DNA of 63,946 nt, the filler included, from Dugesia japonica (lineage: Eukaryota): the NCBI GenBank assembly GCA_001938525.1. It is 6 parts of 6 records of this genome, joined end to end, with 100 filler letters (N's around TTAATTAATTAA, not from the genome) between each part and the next. Parts side by side here need not be neighbours in the genome. Positions count along the whole stretch, not along the records: positions 10,941 to 21,579 come from MQRL01497257.1; positions 21,680 to 30,115 come from MQRL01570568.1; 4 more parts are not named here. One strand, given 5' to 3'. Shown here one piece after another: positions 12,163-25,100 of this stretch; position 1 is the first letter of the stretch; each line of letters starts with the position of its first letter. A model generated the notes under the pieces. The model was not told the DNA's origin. It saw only the letters and a program-made list of their open reading frames with translations, and searched no databases. The position numbers and the translations under genes were made by a program.

Positions 12163-13769
12163 GTAAGAGATCCTGAATTAAAAAAATAGCAATTTATGAT
12201 TATTTTAATAACAGGCTTTGAAAATAAGTAAAGATTGTGGTTGTAATATGAATTCATGGATTTACGGAATATATTTGGACAAATTTTTGACATACTTTTA
12301 ATTATGTTTAAGATATTTTTTTTAGAATTTCAATAATAATAAATGATCTTTCTTTTTTTTACTTTTTTCGATTTTTACTGTTGTAAAACAATATTTTATA
12401 TTATAAACACAAATAAGTATTGTCAAAATCATAAATATCGAATATTATATCTAGCCAGGATGACTTTTTAAAGTTATCTGATTTCTCGGGTTGTTTTAGC
12501 GTTATATATATTTCAGTAATAAATGGCACTTAATATAGCATTATTCAGTTTTGTTTAACATTGGTCTTTTTCCTTTTCCAAATTATTCTTTTGTTTAACG
12601 ATTTCAATTTCGTATAATTAAATTACAATGATACTATGTTAAGTTATAAATTATTATTAGTATTGGTTATTGTCAGGAGTTTTAAAAAATTTGGAATTTT
12701 AAGACTTTAACTGAGTTTAGTAATTTATTCATGTATGCTGGGTTCCTAGGCTCTTGGATGTTCCATATTATAAGTGATTCTTATTCTTCACTATTTCTAT
12801 AGCTGTGTGAGTTTTATATCTAAGAACCACAAGCATTTGTGTCACTTCACGTGACCGCATCTCTCATTTCCAAATTTAGCGGGTAATTGTAATAACCACT
12901 TTTTTATTGCGCCTGTGTTATGAAATCAGAGCACAGCTCCTTTTTATGCTTTTATTTTCCAAAAAAATTATCTTTTGTAGTAACGTCTTCTCCCGTCCTT
13001 GACGCCTGTGATGGAAACGTCCACCACAAAGTTATTATGTTAGCTCAAACCGCCGCTTCTCGGTCAGTACAATTCTTGATTATATCCCCAATCATGCGGT
13101 TGTTTTATATTAGGGGCCGGCAACTTTTTTTATTAGTTGGGTATATTTCTGAAATGTAAAATTTCGGCTGTCACAAAACACCCAAAGAAAACTCACTTCG
13201 AACTAAACAGAAAAACAGGCTACGTCGTGTGATCAACTGTCTTTCATTCTCACCATATTCGTATATGAAATGGGGATTTTTGGAAAAGAGCATATTTAGT
13301 TTAATATATGCAAAAATAGATGTCTAGTAGTCAAAAAGTTTGATTGAATTAGTCAAAATTTAATTTAAGGTTATTAACCATTTTAGATACATTTTACTAT
13401 TATTAAAATAGAGAAATTAAAATCATAATGTCCAATTTTTACGACTTTACTAAAATTTTTATTACATATAATAATATTAACTGGTTTTTAGATATTGGAA
13501 TGCGGACACTTTACAATTGTCTTGTGAGAACCACTTTGTCGAATTCTGTTCTGTATCAACGTTAACCAAGTTACTTCCGTTTTCTACACTTATTCGCATA
13601 TTTCTCGTTACTTTATCTCATCCTTGTTAACTAATCTCTTGATGAATGAATTTCTGTTCTCGATTTAGCCATTGTTTTCGTTAACTATTTAAAATATCAC
13701 TGAATGATAAAAGTTGAATGTTATTCATGTTCGTCTAAATAAAAAAAATCATTCATTTTTAATAATTAA

Positions 13770-14700
13770 TAACGTGGACTATTAATCGCTTAATATTATC
13801 AAATTCTTATCACAAAGTAAACACTTTGTTCCTACCGCATCTATTATTAAAAATATTTCTATAATTTCATTACCCGTTGATATTTCTCTTTTATTCCTAG
13901 GAAAAATACTCTTATTCATAATCTTCATTAAACCGAGCTTCTCTCAGGTAAATACAAATCAAACTTTGAAAGCTTCTTCAGTGCAACCTGTTATTTTACT
14001 CTTCGCTATTTGACGTAATTTAGCTGCCTCCACTTAGCATCTATAAACTTCCCAATTTCTTCGACGATATCATGTGCCAGTCTAAAAATAACATTATATT
14101 AAACCGTTGTACTTATATTAACCCATCAATATTCGAATTCATTCTGATAGAAATAATAACTTAAACTTACCTTTTTGATGATATAGACGTCTTTGAATAA
14201 AAGAAAAGATATCTTATCAACATTTTCCATAAGTTTTGCAGCCCATGACCTATTCCAAAGGTGAAATACTTATCACCACCTTGCATTTAAAAATAAAACT
14301 GTGAATTCGGTTCATTCTAATTTTTTATTTGTTTTTCAGCTTTAATTCATGTAACAGCTGAGTTTCTAACCTCCCCAGCTTTTCTCCTTGGTCAAACATT
14401 TTATTGATCTTCATCTTGATTTCATTTAACTTGGACTACATTTGTTTGATTAATGGCAAAATCTGTTTCTTCAAGCGTTTGACTTCAATATTTTTATCTT
14501 TTACGTGCTGACGGATTGAACACAGTGCTTCATTGAGTTCCCAATAATTTTGTCTTGTTCAGCTATTTCGGTCTTGTGCTGGACATCTATTTCGTCCATT
14601 AGCTTTTTGGCGCAGGACTATGATATCTATTAAGCGTCTTCATTATAATTGGAGAGCATCAGTGGGAATTCTTCTAAAAAACACCTGGCAATCTGCACAT
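13770..14700 (-). pseudogene. Degenerate coiled-coil gene with short introns and a DAVGTKCLLCD motif (possibly DUF4795-like)
   Basis: Minus-strand coding-like blocks (WELNEALCSIRQHVKDKNIEVKRLKKQ; MENVDKISFLL; DAVGTKCLLCDKNL) with stops. Confidence 0.3.
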
Positions 14701-14989
14701 TAACAAATCGAAATAAGATATTTTAAAACATTTATCATGCAATAATAATACTTTTAGTTAACGATGAATTTATTTTACGGGAATAAAAAATATTAAAAAA
14801 TACGAGCAAAAGTTACGTAATACACACAAATTTACTCGTTTATTAAAAACCCGATAATTCGGTAAACTTTTTAAAAATACGAGAACCAATTACGTAATAC
14901 ACACTAATGTGTGTCTTCGGGTTATGAAAAAGTTATGCAATCAATTTTTACACACGGGGGGGGGGGTTCTGCTGAATGTGTGCTGGCTA

Positions 14990-15473
14990 CGACTGCCACT
15001 ATCTATCTACTATACGGATAGTTTTTTCCTGGAGGTTAAAAATATAAGTTTGGAAAAACTAACCGGTTTAATGGTGAGAGATCAGTTATTGGATACATCC
15101 AATTATAGTACAAGTCATCCCCTTTACTCAAACGCATTAAACAGTGCTATTGGGAAATTCAAGGATGAGACTAAAGGAAAGAAATATAGCGAGTGGATAT
15201 TTTATAGGCCAAGGTGTTATAGCATACTTAGCGATAATGAATCCATGAAAGCTAAGGACATAACACTAAAAACAGTGGAATCACACATCAGTCATATCTT
15301 GACGGTTTTAATAATACTGCAATGGTCTATGTAGATCAATTTCAAATATCTACTCGAAATCATCAACTGTATAGCATATAAAATAAAAAACTAGCAATAT
15401 CTAATATGGATGATAAGAGAAAGTGGACTGAAAAAAATATAGGCTTACCGTACGGACATTATAAATTAAATTA
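14990..15473 (+). pseudogene. Polinton pPolB C-terminal remnant (distinct subfamily)
   Basis: YYTDSFFL (decayed YTDTDS), LDTSNYSTSHPLYS, IGKFKDE, YRPRCYS, MKAKDI; after a frameshift STRNHQLYSI*NKKLAISNMDDKRKW...LPYGHYKLN*. Confidence 0.88.
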
Positions 15474-17039
15474 AAAAATAACATATGTAGTACTTTTTCC
15501 CATTTGTGATCTCAATAAAACAGAAGCTTGTCTCAAATTGGTAACAATTTCAATTTTGTTGTAAATAATAATTAAGATTATTCTTTAGTATATATTCTTG
15601 ATGTTGATCCTGCTGCATATAATTCATTCTGCTCCTATATAATTCAACTTGATTACAACGTTAATAATTTATTTTTATTCTAAATATTAATAAAATTTAT
15701 CATTATTAGTATATTGCTACTTATCCTTTCTTCGGCTTTAGGCCATACATGAATTCAACATTATTATAGATATCATGTCAATTCTAAATATTTAAAAGAG
15801 TCTTTTTATAACTTTAAACTCGGATCAGCAATTATTAAAAACGTAACCATCAATAACCATATAATTTTTTTACTGTTATTCCATCTAGATAGCTCAATTG
15901 TAATTTGTACCTACGGTAATCCTCAATTAAAATCTCTTAAAAATTTGATCAAGTGTCCCCATTCAAGATTTTTGGAATAGAACCGTTGACTCCTAACCCT
16001 GAGTTCGAGTGAATGCTCGTATTCCTTTCGTTTGGATTTTTATTTCATCGATACTTGCTTTGGTTTTGGTGATAATTTTAACCATTATTGCTATATTGTT
16101 TATTGAATATAGTAACAGTGTCTCTGAAATTCAATCGTGCAATAATATCCAACTTTTATTATTCGAGATCTTAAAATATTGCCCATAGTTTATAACTTTT
16201 TGAGTCGGGTAGTCCGAGTGATTATTATTACATCATAAATTACGTCATAAACCATTATTATTGGTATTAAATTTTGCGGGAGATCTAAAAATCGTTACTG
16301 TCAATAAAATAAGTAATCATTGCAATTAATTAAGAGTTAAAATTATTAATAAGACAATTAAAAGAAATCAGTTAAATGAAAATTATATTATTATTATTAT
16401 TATTACAAAATTAATCGATTGTAAATTGTATAATTTAACTTACGTTACAGAAGCATCCAACGGAAACCGGAGCACAATGTATTATGGTATCGATTATTTC
16501 TATCCAAAGCACAAATGACTGTTTTAAGCCTAGAAAGAAAAACTGAGACACTCTCATTCCAATCCACAATTCGTACACACTGAGTGAGTTTTTCTTCTGC
16601 TTAATCACACATAATCAATATCGATTACATACCCGTTATATGCACTAACTTTTGTCATCTTGTAATGTACTGTCAATTCAATATTCCTTGCAAGATTTAT
16701 TTTCCAATATGTCACTTTTTGCCATATGTTGGGGAAAATAGAAATCAAAATTTACTATACGCGCATGCATTCATACACACAATAATACAAACCATGCTTA
16801 CACACAACCAAAAATAATGACGCGTTTTGATACGCTGAGACAAACACAAGCTGTCTTTCAAGCCAGAAAATCTGCACTAGTTTGCTAAGTCCTAGTGACG
16901 CCAGCAGATTGCTGTAAAAACAAAACAAAGAAAAAAGGAAAGAAAGAAAGAGAAACAAGGAAAAAAGAAACCCTAATGATCAAATTTCATTTCTGACTCG
17001 CTGTATTCATTTATGTGGTTGTCAACTTCAACCATATCA

Positions 17040-17700
17040 ACTAACAACGCTTGTTCGGAATGGAATCGCCAGTTTTTAGAAGACGATTTGATACATTTTT
17101 TTAACACTACCAATAACAAACTTTTCGATAGTGTTAACGTTTAGACCTACGTGAGAACTTGCTCATTTTCTGCACACAGATCGTCTCGAGAAACACGGAG
17201 CAATTCAGTAAGTTCCGTTTAATGTCTTCCCTGAGTGATGAGTATTTGGCAATGTTTCTGTCTTTACCAGCCTTAATGCTGACTTGTGAGTCAAATGGCG
17301 TTTTAATATCAAGCAAAATAATTCTCCTTTTAGTTTTGTCAATTAGTTGAACGTCAACGCAATCAGTTCTGTTCAAACATTCACTAAAACTAGTGTTGAT
17401 TTTGATAAAACTACTGAGAAACCCAAGCACATCATTATATCGCCCAGTGCAGAAGGCCGAGGTTGGACAACAATAGCAAATGACATATGCTTGAGTCTAC
17501 ACTTTCTACAATCAATCATTTTGTTACCAAGATTACAATCCATCGGAATGTAATGTGTAAGTGTGAGTTCTATGAAAAAATCTCTAATTATCACCCGAAA
17601 TGGACCCATTATAGAGGGGTCTATTTGAGATAAGGGAAGCGTCAATTCGTATTGAAAGAAAGCTCAATTTAGTGAGAGAGTTTTATTTCCTAGTGTGTGA
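17040..17700 (-). mobile_element. RLE-type non-LTR retrotransposon (R2/NeSL-like) 3' remnant
   Basis: CRKC...HVICYC...RYNDVL zinc knuckle, then VDVQLIDKTKRRIILLDIKTPFD...NIAKYSSL endonuclease motif. Confidence 0.8.
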
Positions 17701-18749
17701 CCAGCTTACAAGAAAATAAAGAAGCTTAGTCACACATCTATTCTTTTTAAACGGAATAAGATGGCTGCCTCCGACCATCTGTCAACAATGGGGAGATTCA
17801 CTCCAAGCTCAGTGCGCTGAAGGCTAATCTCAATATTAAGGTTATTCGTGAAGTACGCAATCGCTGTTTGAATCTTGGACCCCCTACACTTGTAATAAGA
17901 ATTAAAGATAAATTAAATCAAGATACAGTGTTCGGATCACAAAGTGTAATAATGTCTGATTAATAAATTAGATTGTCTAAGGATAAAAATGTTTGAATCA
18001 CTAAAATGATCAAGTTGAACTAATAAATAAATTGTCTGATAAATTGCATCTCGAAGATCTGATTGGGTTTGTTTGGGCGAGGATCATGATTGTGCATGTT
18101 GTGCTTGTGTATAATACTATGCTTGTGTTCTATATGTCTATGTGATCTCCACATCTATAATGAATGTATTAAGTTTGCATAAGGAAAAACTTATAATTAT
18201 ACTATAAAATCTAACCACCTAACTTGTCGTTGAACTGTTTTTGCAAANAGCATATCAACCAAAAATTGAATTATTCTAAAACACACAAACTCATTCAAAT
18301 GCTAATTTGGTTTTGCGAAATTCCCTAAAGCATTTCAACAACTAATTGAAAAGCTTTCAATTGAATTTATTTTGATTGGTTTTTCAGGAAAATTCAACGG
18401 CAATTTTAACGTTTTTCTGTTATAAAAGCATCATATAAAGCATCATATAAAGCATCTAGTATTTCATAATTCATTATGTTTAATATTAAAATTTACGTTA
18501 TATATTCATTATTAACGGAATTCATTTATGTTAGAACCACAAAATTCTAAAGAAAATTCCATATTACCATTATAGACTACGCTTAAAAATATTAAGTCTA
18601 AAATATTATTAATAAATAACTGAAAGCAATTACATGAAAATGTAAATATAAATTAGCCTAAAATTTCATTAATAAAATTAGTTATTTTACAATTGCAATT
18701 ATTTTGAGAATAATTGTTGGATGTAACCATTATTGTTTATCAGAATTCA

Positions 18750-18922
18750 TTTAAAATAATAGCTTCGATCAAAATTTGTTTTTTTGGTTTTTGATAATAA
18801 TTCTATATTTCGACTTTGCATTCGCCAGGAATTGACTTTTCCTGGCGAAGACAAAGTCGAAATCTAGAATTATTATCAAAAACCAAAAAAAAACAAATTT
18901 TTATCGAAGCTTTTATTTTAAA
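18750..18922. mobile_element. Full foldback with two inverted degenerate minimal hammerhead motifs (Penelope-like inverted pLTR)
   Basis: About 80-bp inverted arms; plus strand TTC-CTGGCGA-AGACAAAGTC-GAAA-TC-TA-GAATT with a mirror copy on minus. Confidence 0.75.
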
Positions 18923-20460
18923 CTAAAATTAATTATATTTATAAAGTGAAAATCTTAACTATTATTCTATAACGCGTTAAAAGAATAGATCTAAAACGGA
19001 TTAAAACTTAATTACTGATTACGTATTATGACAAGTGGAAAACAAGAATAAATTCAGATTATATNNNNNNNNNNNNNNNNNNNNNNNNNNNNNNNNNNNN
19101 NNNNNNAAATTCGTAACTGATTTTATAAGGTTTTCAGTTCAGTTTAATCAATTTCCGCCCCAATTTAATAAATTTCCAATTTAATTTAATATTTATTTAA
19201 AGAAAGATTTATTAGCAATAATAATAATCAAACATTCGTAAAATTTCACTAACTACACTTATAATACTGATAGCAACAATAATGATAATAAATAAAAAAA
19301 ACAATGAATCTATGAACTTATTCAATCCATTCCGTAATATGTGATATAACAACAATAATAAGCTTTAACATGATAGTATTCATTCAAACATTCACATCTT
19401 CAGAATATTACTAAAATACAGAAATAAATCTACTCACTACTGATAATAATTATAAAAAGAACAATAATATTACCTCAACCGTACACATTTTCGACATGAT
19501 AATCAAACACAAACTATTTACTTGAATAGTACAGTTAGATATTTTATTATAAATGTATTTGAATAAAATGAATCGTATTAGAAAAATTAGAGAAAGATGG
19601 AAATGAAAAAGATAATAAATGAAAATAAGATTCCTGAGGTAAATTAAAAAAATATTATTTGTTAATTGGAAAACCAATCCTAATTTGAAATAATTTTAGA
19701 GATGATAAATTGTACAAATGATAAATACTCAAAGTTTTATATTTTGAAAAATTACATGATTTTTTTCACAAAAGGAAAAAAAAATTGTCGAATTTTAGAA
19801 ATCAATTTTTTTATTCAAATAAAATTTGATAAATTTCACTCGCAAAATCAAATCAAAGCTAAAAATGTTAAAATACACACAATTTAAAAAGATATTTTCA
19901 GCAGCGATCTGAAAAATATAACTATAAACTTAGTTGTGTGATACTGAAAGAAAAAAAATTTTGATAATAAAAAATGTTATTATAATTGTTATCGAGACCT
20001 TGAAAAGTTATCAAATATTTTTAATGACAAATTACCAGCACGAAATGTCACAAGTTAACGCAAATTTTGAGGCCAAAATGTAAGATAAGGTAGTACAATA
20101 CTTAAAACTATTAAATAATGTAATAAAAAAGTTGGAATTAGACAATTGCCGAGTTAATAAAATATCAATTACTAAGAATCCACAAACGTTGAAATAATGC
20201 ATAATCATTTAAAAATTACAATTTCTTCAAAATATTCTTAATTTTTTTTCAATCAAATATAAAAACTTTCAGATATATTTATTTAATCGATAATAATGAT
20301 TTTTATTTGCTTGTTTATTTAGCTAAAATTATCTAAAAGTGTAAACGTGGGTAATTTAAATATTAAATTTACTATAAAAGAAGAGAAAATTTTTAGACTT
20401 TTATTATAAATTGTTTCATTGCACGTGATTTATATTTAAGTAGAATAATTGATTTTAAAA

Positions 20461-20917
20461 ATGAATAAAAATCATCCTAAAGCACCACTAAGACAAGATA
20501 CAGAATGTTACATGGGATACAAAAGAGAAAGCAAGCATAGAATATTTGTCAATAAAAGTCTTCAATTAAGAAAAATCAAGTTTTTTGGATTCGATATGGA
20601 TTACACATTAGCAATGTACAAATCACCAGAACTCGAGCATATGACATTTAATCTGCTGAAGAATCGAATGATTGATATAGGTTATCCACGAGAAATCATG
20701 GATTTTACGTACAATCCAACATTCCCAATTCGTGGATTATGGATAGATAAAAAATTTGGGAATTTATTGAAAATGGATAATTATGGAAATGTTTTGATGG
20801 CTTTCCATGGACTTAAGAAAATGTCAAATTCAGAAATATTGGGGAAATATCCAAATAAATTCGTCAAATTCGAACAGCCACGTTTTATGGTTACTAATAC
20901 ATTATATAATTTGCCGG
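20461..20917 (+). CDS. NT5C2: First coding exon of cytosolic purine 5'-nucleotidase (cN-II, HAD family)
   Basis: HRIFVNKSLQL, HAD motif I GFDMDYTLAMYKSP, FPIRGLW, NTLYNLP, then G|GTAATT donor at 20918. Confidence 0.93.
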
Positions 20918-21579
20918 GTAATTATTGATTGAATTAGATAAACGATTACATTATTTCAGACATTTTATATTTGAGTTTGAATTTAAATTTGAAATGATGA
21001 TAATAAATTTCTGTTCGAAATTTACATTATTTAATTCCTATATGAAATCTGATTTGAATTATGAACAAATTTAAAATCGATTTATTAATTTTTTATTCTA
21101 ATTATCCACGATATTCTATTGAAAAAATTAAGTATATAGAAAATTTTTTTTTTTAATTAAGTTTTTATTATTATTTTTCGAGAAAAATAAATTTAATTAA
21201 ATATTATCAAAACATTAAATCAAAGTTTCTTTGCAGCAATTTTCTTTCTCAGTTATAATTCAAATCTATATTACTCATTAATTATTCAGTAGTTATTCAG
21301 TTGACATTTTCATTTTTTTATTAATTCTGAAATATTATTTATTACTCTTTTTATTAAGATTTATGACAAAAAAGATATATTAAATAAAACAACTTTAGAA
21401 AAAATTGAAAAACGATATTTACTTTTATTTCAAATAAAAATCAATAATTACGATAAGCTATTAAATGAAAATGAGAATTGCTTCAAATAGAGAACTGAAA
21501 TGCCGTGGAAGAATTTGAGTTTAATTGATATTGGAAAATTAAAATTTATATTGATTTAGTTAAATCAATTAAATTCGTA

Positions 21580-21679
21580 NNNNNNNNNNNNNNNNNNNNN
21601 NNNNNNNNNNNNNNNNNNNNNNNTTAATTAATTAANNNNNNNNNNNNNNNNNNNNNNNNNNNNNNNNNNNNNNNNNNNN
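21580..21679. other. Artificial contig spacer
   Basis: N44-TTAATTAATTAA-N44. Confidence 0.97.
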
Positions 21680-21680
21680 A

Positions 21681-21773
21681 TTAATATTTTGCTGGGTATC
21701 CTTTCATCTTGATAATAGAGGACACTCTTCGTGGCATGGAATCAACGAGTCTGCAACATAACGAAGTGGATAT
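21681..21773 (-). pseudogene. Tc1-family transposase C-terminus, interrupted by the Polinton
   Basis: ISTSLCCRLVDSMPRRVSSIIKMKGYPAKY* matches the Tc1 LV.SMPRR..AVI...G..TKY* end; homology stops at about 21774. Confidence 0.88.
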
Positions 21774-21774
21774 A

Positions 21775-21861
21775 AGTAATGTGAATATAACTGTGTGCAA
21801 TCAGGGATGGAACTCCGCATCACCCCAATGATGCACAAACTACAGTTATATTCACATTACT
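21775..21861. repeat. 87-nt terminal hairpin with a 20-bp perfect outer stem
   Basis: AGTAATGTGAATATAACTGT (21775-21794) is the exact reverse complement of 21842-21861; the inner region pairs with bulges. Confidence 0.9.
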
Positions 21862-21914
21862 AAATAAAATGTCTTTTTTAAAATATTAAAGTAACTGTAA
21901 AATATTAATTATTA

Positions 21915-22112
21915 AAATATTAAATGTTAAATGATATCTGGTCAAATATTAAATGTTAAATGATATCTGGTCAAATATTAAATGTTAANNNNNNNNNNNN
22001 NNNNNNNNNNNNNNNNNNNNNNNNNNNNNNNNNNNNNNTATTAAATGTTAAATGATATCTGGTCAAATATTAAATGTTAAATGATATCTGGTCAAATATT
22101 AAATGTTAAATG
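21915..22112. repeat. 29-bp subterminal tandem repeat AAATATTAAATGTTAAATGATATCTGGTC
   Basis: At least four copies around an N gap; the unit is built from AAAT(A/G)(T/A)T heptamers. Confidence 0.9.
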
Positions 22113-22176
22113 TTTTTATGTCAGACACTTATGTACATTGTAAATTATTAAATATTAAATATTAAATCTGCGAGTA

Positions 22177-25100
22177 ATGCATTTAACCACTAAAATGTCC
22201 TCTTTAAATTATTTATATATAAAAATGATTCCTTTACCATTATTTTGTAAAATTTGTAATAGAAGATTTTTAAAATTAAGTAGTGCAAAATCTCACTTTA
22301 ATTCTTTAAAACATAAACAGAATGTTATTAAATTTAACTTTAAAGAGTTACCTGGTGAAGAAACAATTGATTTTGAGCCTGATATCAGAGAAATATTAAA
22401 TATTTATAAATATTATGAAATAACTTATTTATTAGATTCTAAAGTTGAAATGAAATTAAATGTCGATGTAATATATGAACGTGTCAGAGAAATTGATGTT
22501 TTTAAAAAAGAAATTAAACAAATCATCAGGAAATATTTTAAATCTATGAAACAAATAAACATAAGAATGAAAGTAAAATGTAAATATTTAAAAAATGATA
22601 TTGAAAGAGATTTATATTCAAGTTCAGGAAATAAAATAATTACTATTAAAACTGAAATATCAAATAATATAAATGAAATATTTAATGAATTAAATAAAAA
22701 TATTGAAGATAAAGAACGTGAAGAATCTGGCTGGACATTTTCACATATTTTAAATTATGTTTTGTATTTAAATAAATATAAATCAAAGGCTGGTGCGACA
22801 AATAAAAAATTACCATTTACTAAACCAGGTGTTATTAATATTGAAAATAAAGATAATAAATGTTTTTTATATTCAATTCTAGCACATAAATATCTATATA
22901 AAAATCCGACACGTGAAAATAATTATAAAAGACATCTCTCAGAATTAAATTCAGATTTTGAATTTCCAATGAAAATAATTGATATTCCTAAATTTGAGAA
23001 ATTAAATAATCTTAAAATTAATGTTTTAAATGTGAATGCTAACAAGAAACTTGAGCCACTTTACATTTCACATTTTTCATTTAAAACTTCAGTAGATGAA
23101 AATAAATGTAACCTTTTAATGTATAAAAATCATTATATTTTATGTCGAGATTTATCAATTTTCTTTTCAAGAAATGGAAATAAAAATTATCCTTGTTTAC
23201 GATGTATGAATTGTTATTCTNNNNNNNNNNNNNNNNNNNNNNNNNNNNNNNNNNNNNNNNNNNNNNNNNNNNNNNNNNNNNNNNNNNNNNNNNNNNNNNN
23301 NNNNNNNNNNNNNNNNNNNNNNATGAAAAATAAAATACCTTTCATATTAATTGGTGATTTTGAAACATTTACAAATAAAAATAACAAACAAAAACCTTTA
23401 TCTTTAGGAATTTATCTTCACAGTGAACACCAAAACCTTTTTAAATCTAAATATTATTGTTTTACAGGTGAAAATATTTATCTTAAATTCTTAAAATTTT
23501 TAGATTATATTAATAATAAATTAAATGATATTAAAGATAATAAATTAATAAAATATTATATCGGAAACCCTAAATTTAATAATGATTTATGTTATTATTG
23601 TAATAATAAAATAATTACTCCAGTTAGAGATCATAACCATTTTACAGGTGAATTCAGAGGTTTTTCATGTAATACTTGTAATATTAATGATTTAAGTGTT
23701 AAAAAATTATTTATCCCATTTTATTTTCATAATGCNNNNNNNNNNNNNNNNNNNNNNNNNNNNNNNNNNNNNNNNNNNNNNNNNNNNNNNNNNNNNNNNN
23801 NNNNNNNNNNNCATTCTTCAGAAAATTATATTTCATTTGAATATGAAAATATTAGATTCCTGGATTCAAGTAGATTATTACCATTTACAACCGTAGAAAC
23901 TATGGGTAATCTACTAACATCTTCAGGAATTTATCCAATCTTAAAATCTTACAACTTAAAACCTAAAAAAATAATATTTCCATATGAATATGTTAAAGGA
24001 AATAATTCAAAAGAAGTAGAAACATTATTAAAATCAACGAAGTTGCTAGAGAAAGAAGATTTCTTTAATACTTTAACTCAAAAAGAAATATCTAAATTTG
24101 AATATCAAGAATTTAAAATTGAATTTAAAAAACATGATAATCTCTGGAATTATCTTCTTTATTATATGAAACTTGATGTATTAATTTTAACAGATTTCCT
24201 TGAAAATTTTAGAGTTTCATGTTTAAATAATATTTTAAAATTAGATCCTTGTTATTCATATTCAGCACCTGGTTTTGCATGGGAAACTGGAACATTTAAT
24301 GCAAATATTAAACTTAAATATTCAAAACCTGAAACTTATGATTTATTTTTAATAATTGAACAAGGAATTCGAGGTGGTTTTTCATGTGTTCTTGGTGAAC
24401 GTCAAGTTTTTTCAAGTAATAATAAATTTTTAAAATATATTGATGAAAATTCATTATATGCAAGTTGCATGACAAAATCACTTCCAACAGGTGAACTTGT
24501 AAATATGTCAGATTTAATTTATGAACCTTCAACTCAAGATATTAATTTTATATATGAAGTTGATCTTGATTATCCTAAAGAATTACATGATAAAACTAAA
24601 TATTTTCCATTTTGTCCTGAAAGAATTAATATAAAATCTGAGATGTTAAGTAATTACCAGTTAAATTTTAATAAGAAAATATCAAAAGATAACATAAAAC
24701 TAACATTAAATCAATTCGATAAGAAAAATTATATAGTTCTTGGAAGTACATTAGATTTATATTTAAAATTTGGAATGAAACTTGTTAAAGTTCATAAGAA
24801 AATTAAAATGATAACATCTCCTTGGTTTAAAGATTATGTTTTAAAATTAATANNNNTAAGAAAAGAATCTAAAAGAAATAAAGATGTCTTTGGAGATTAT
24901 ATTTATAAATTAATGTTAAATAGTTTCTATGGAAAAACACTTGAAAATATTAGAAATAGATGTAATATTGAAATTGTAGATTCTGACATAAAATATCAAA
25001 GATTTGCTTCTAAACCTAATTTTAAATCATCTAAGATATTCTGTTTAAATGACACAAATGAAGCCACAGTTGCCGCAATTAATATGATAAAATCTAATTT

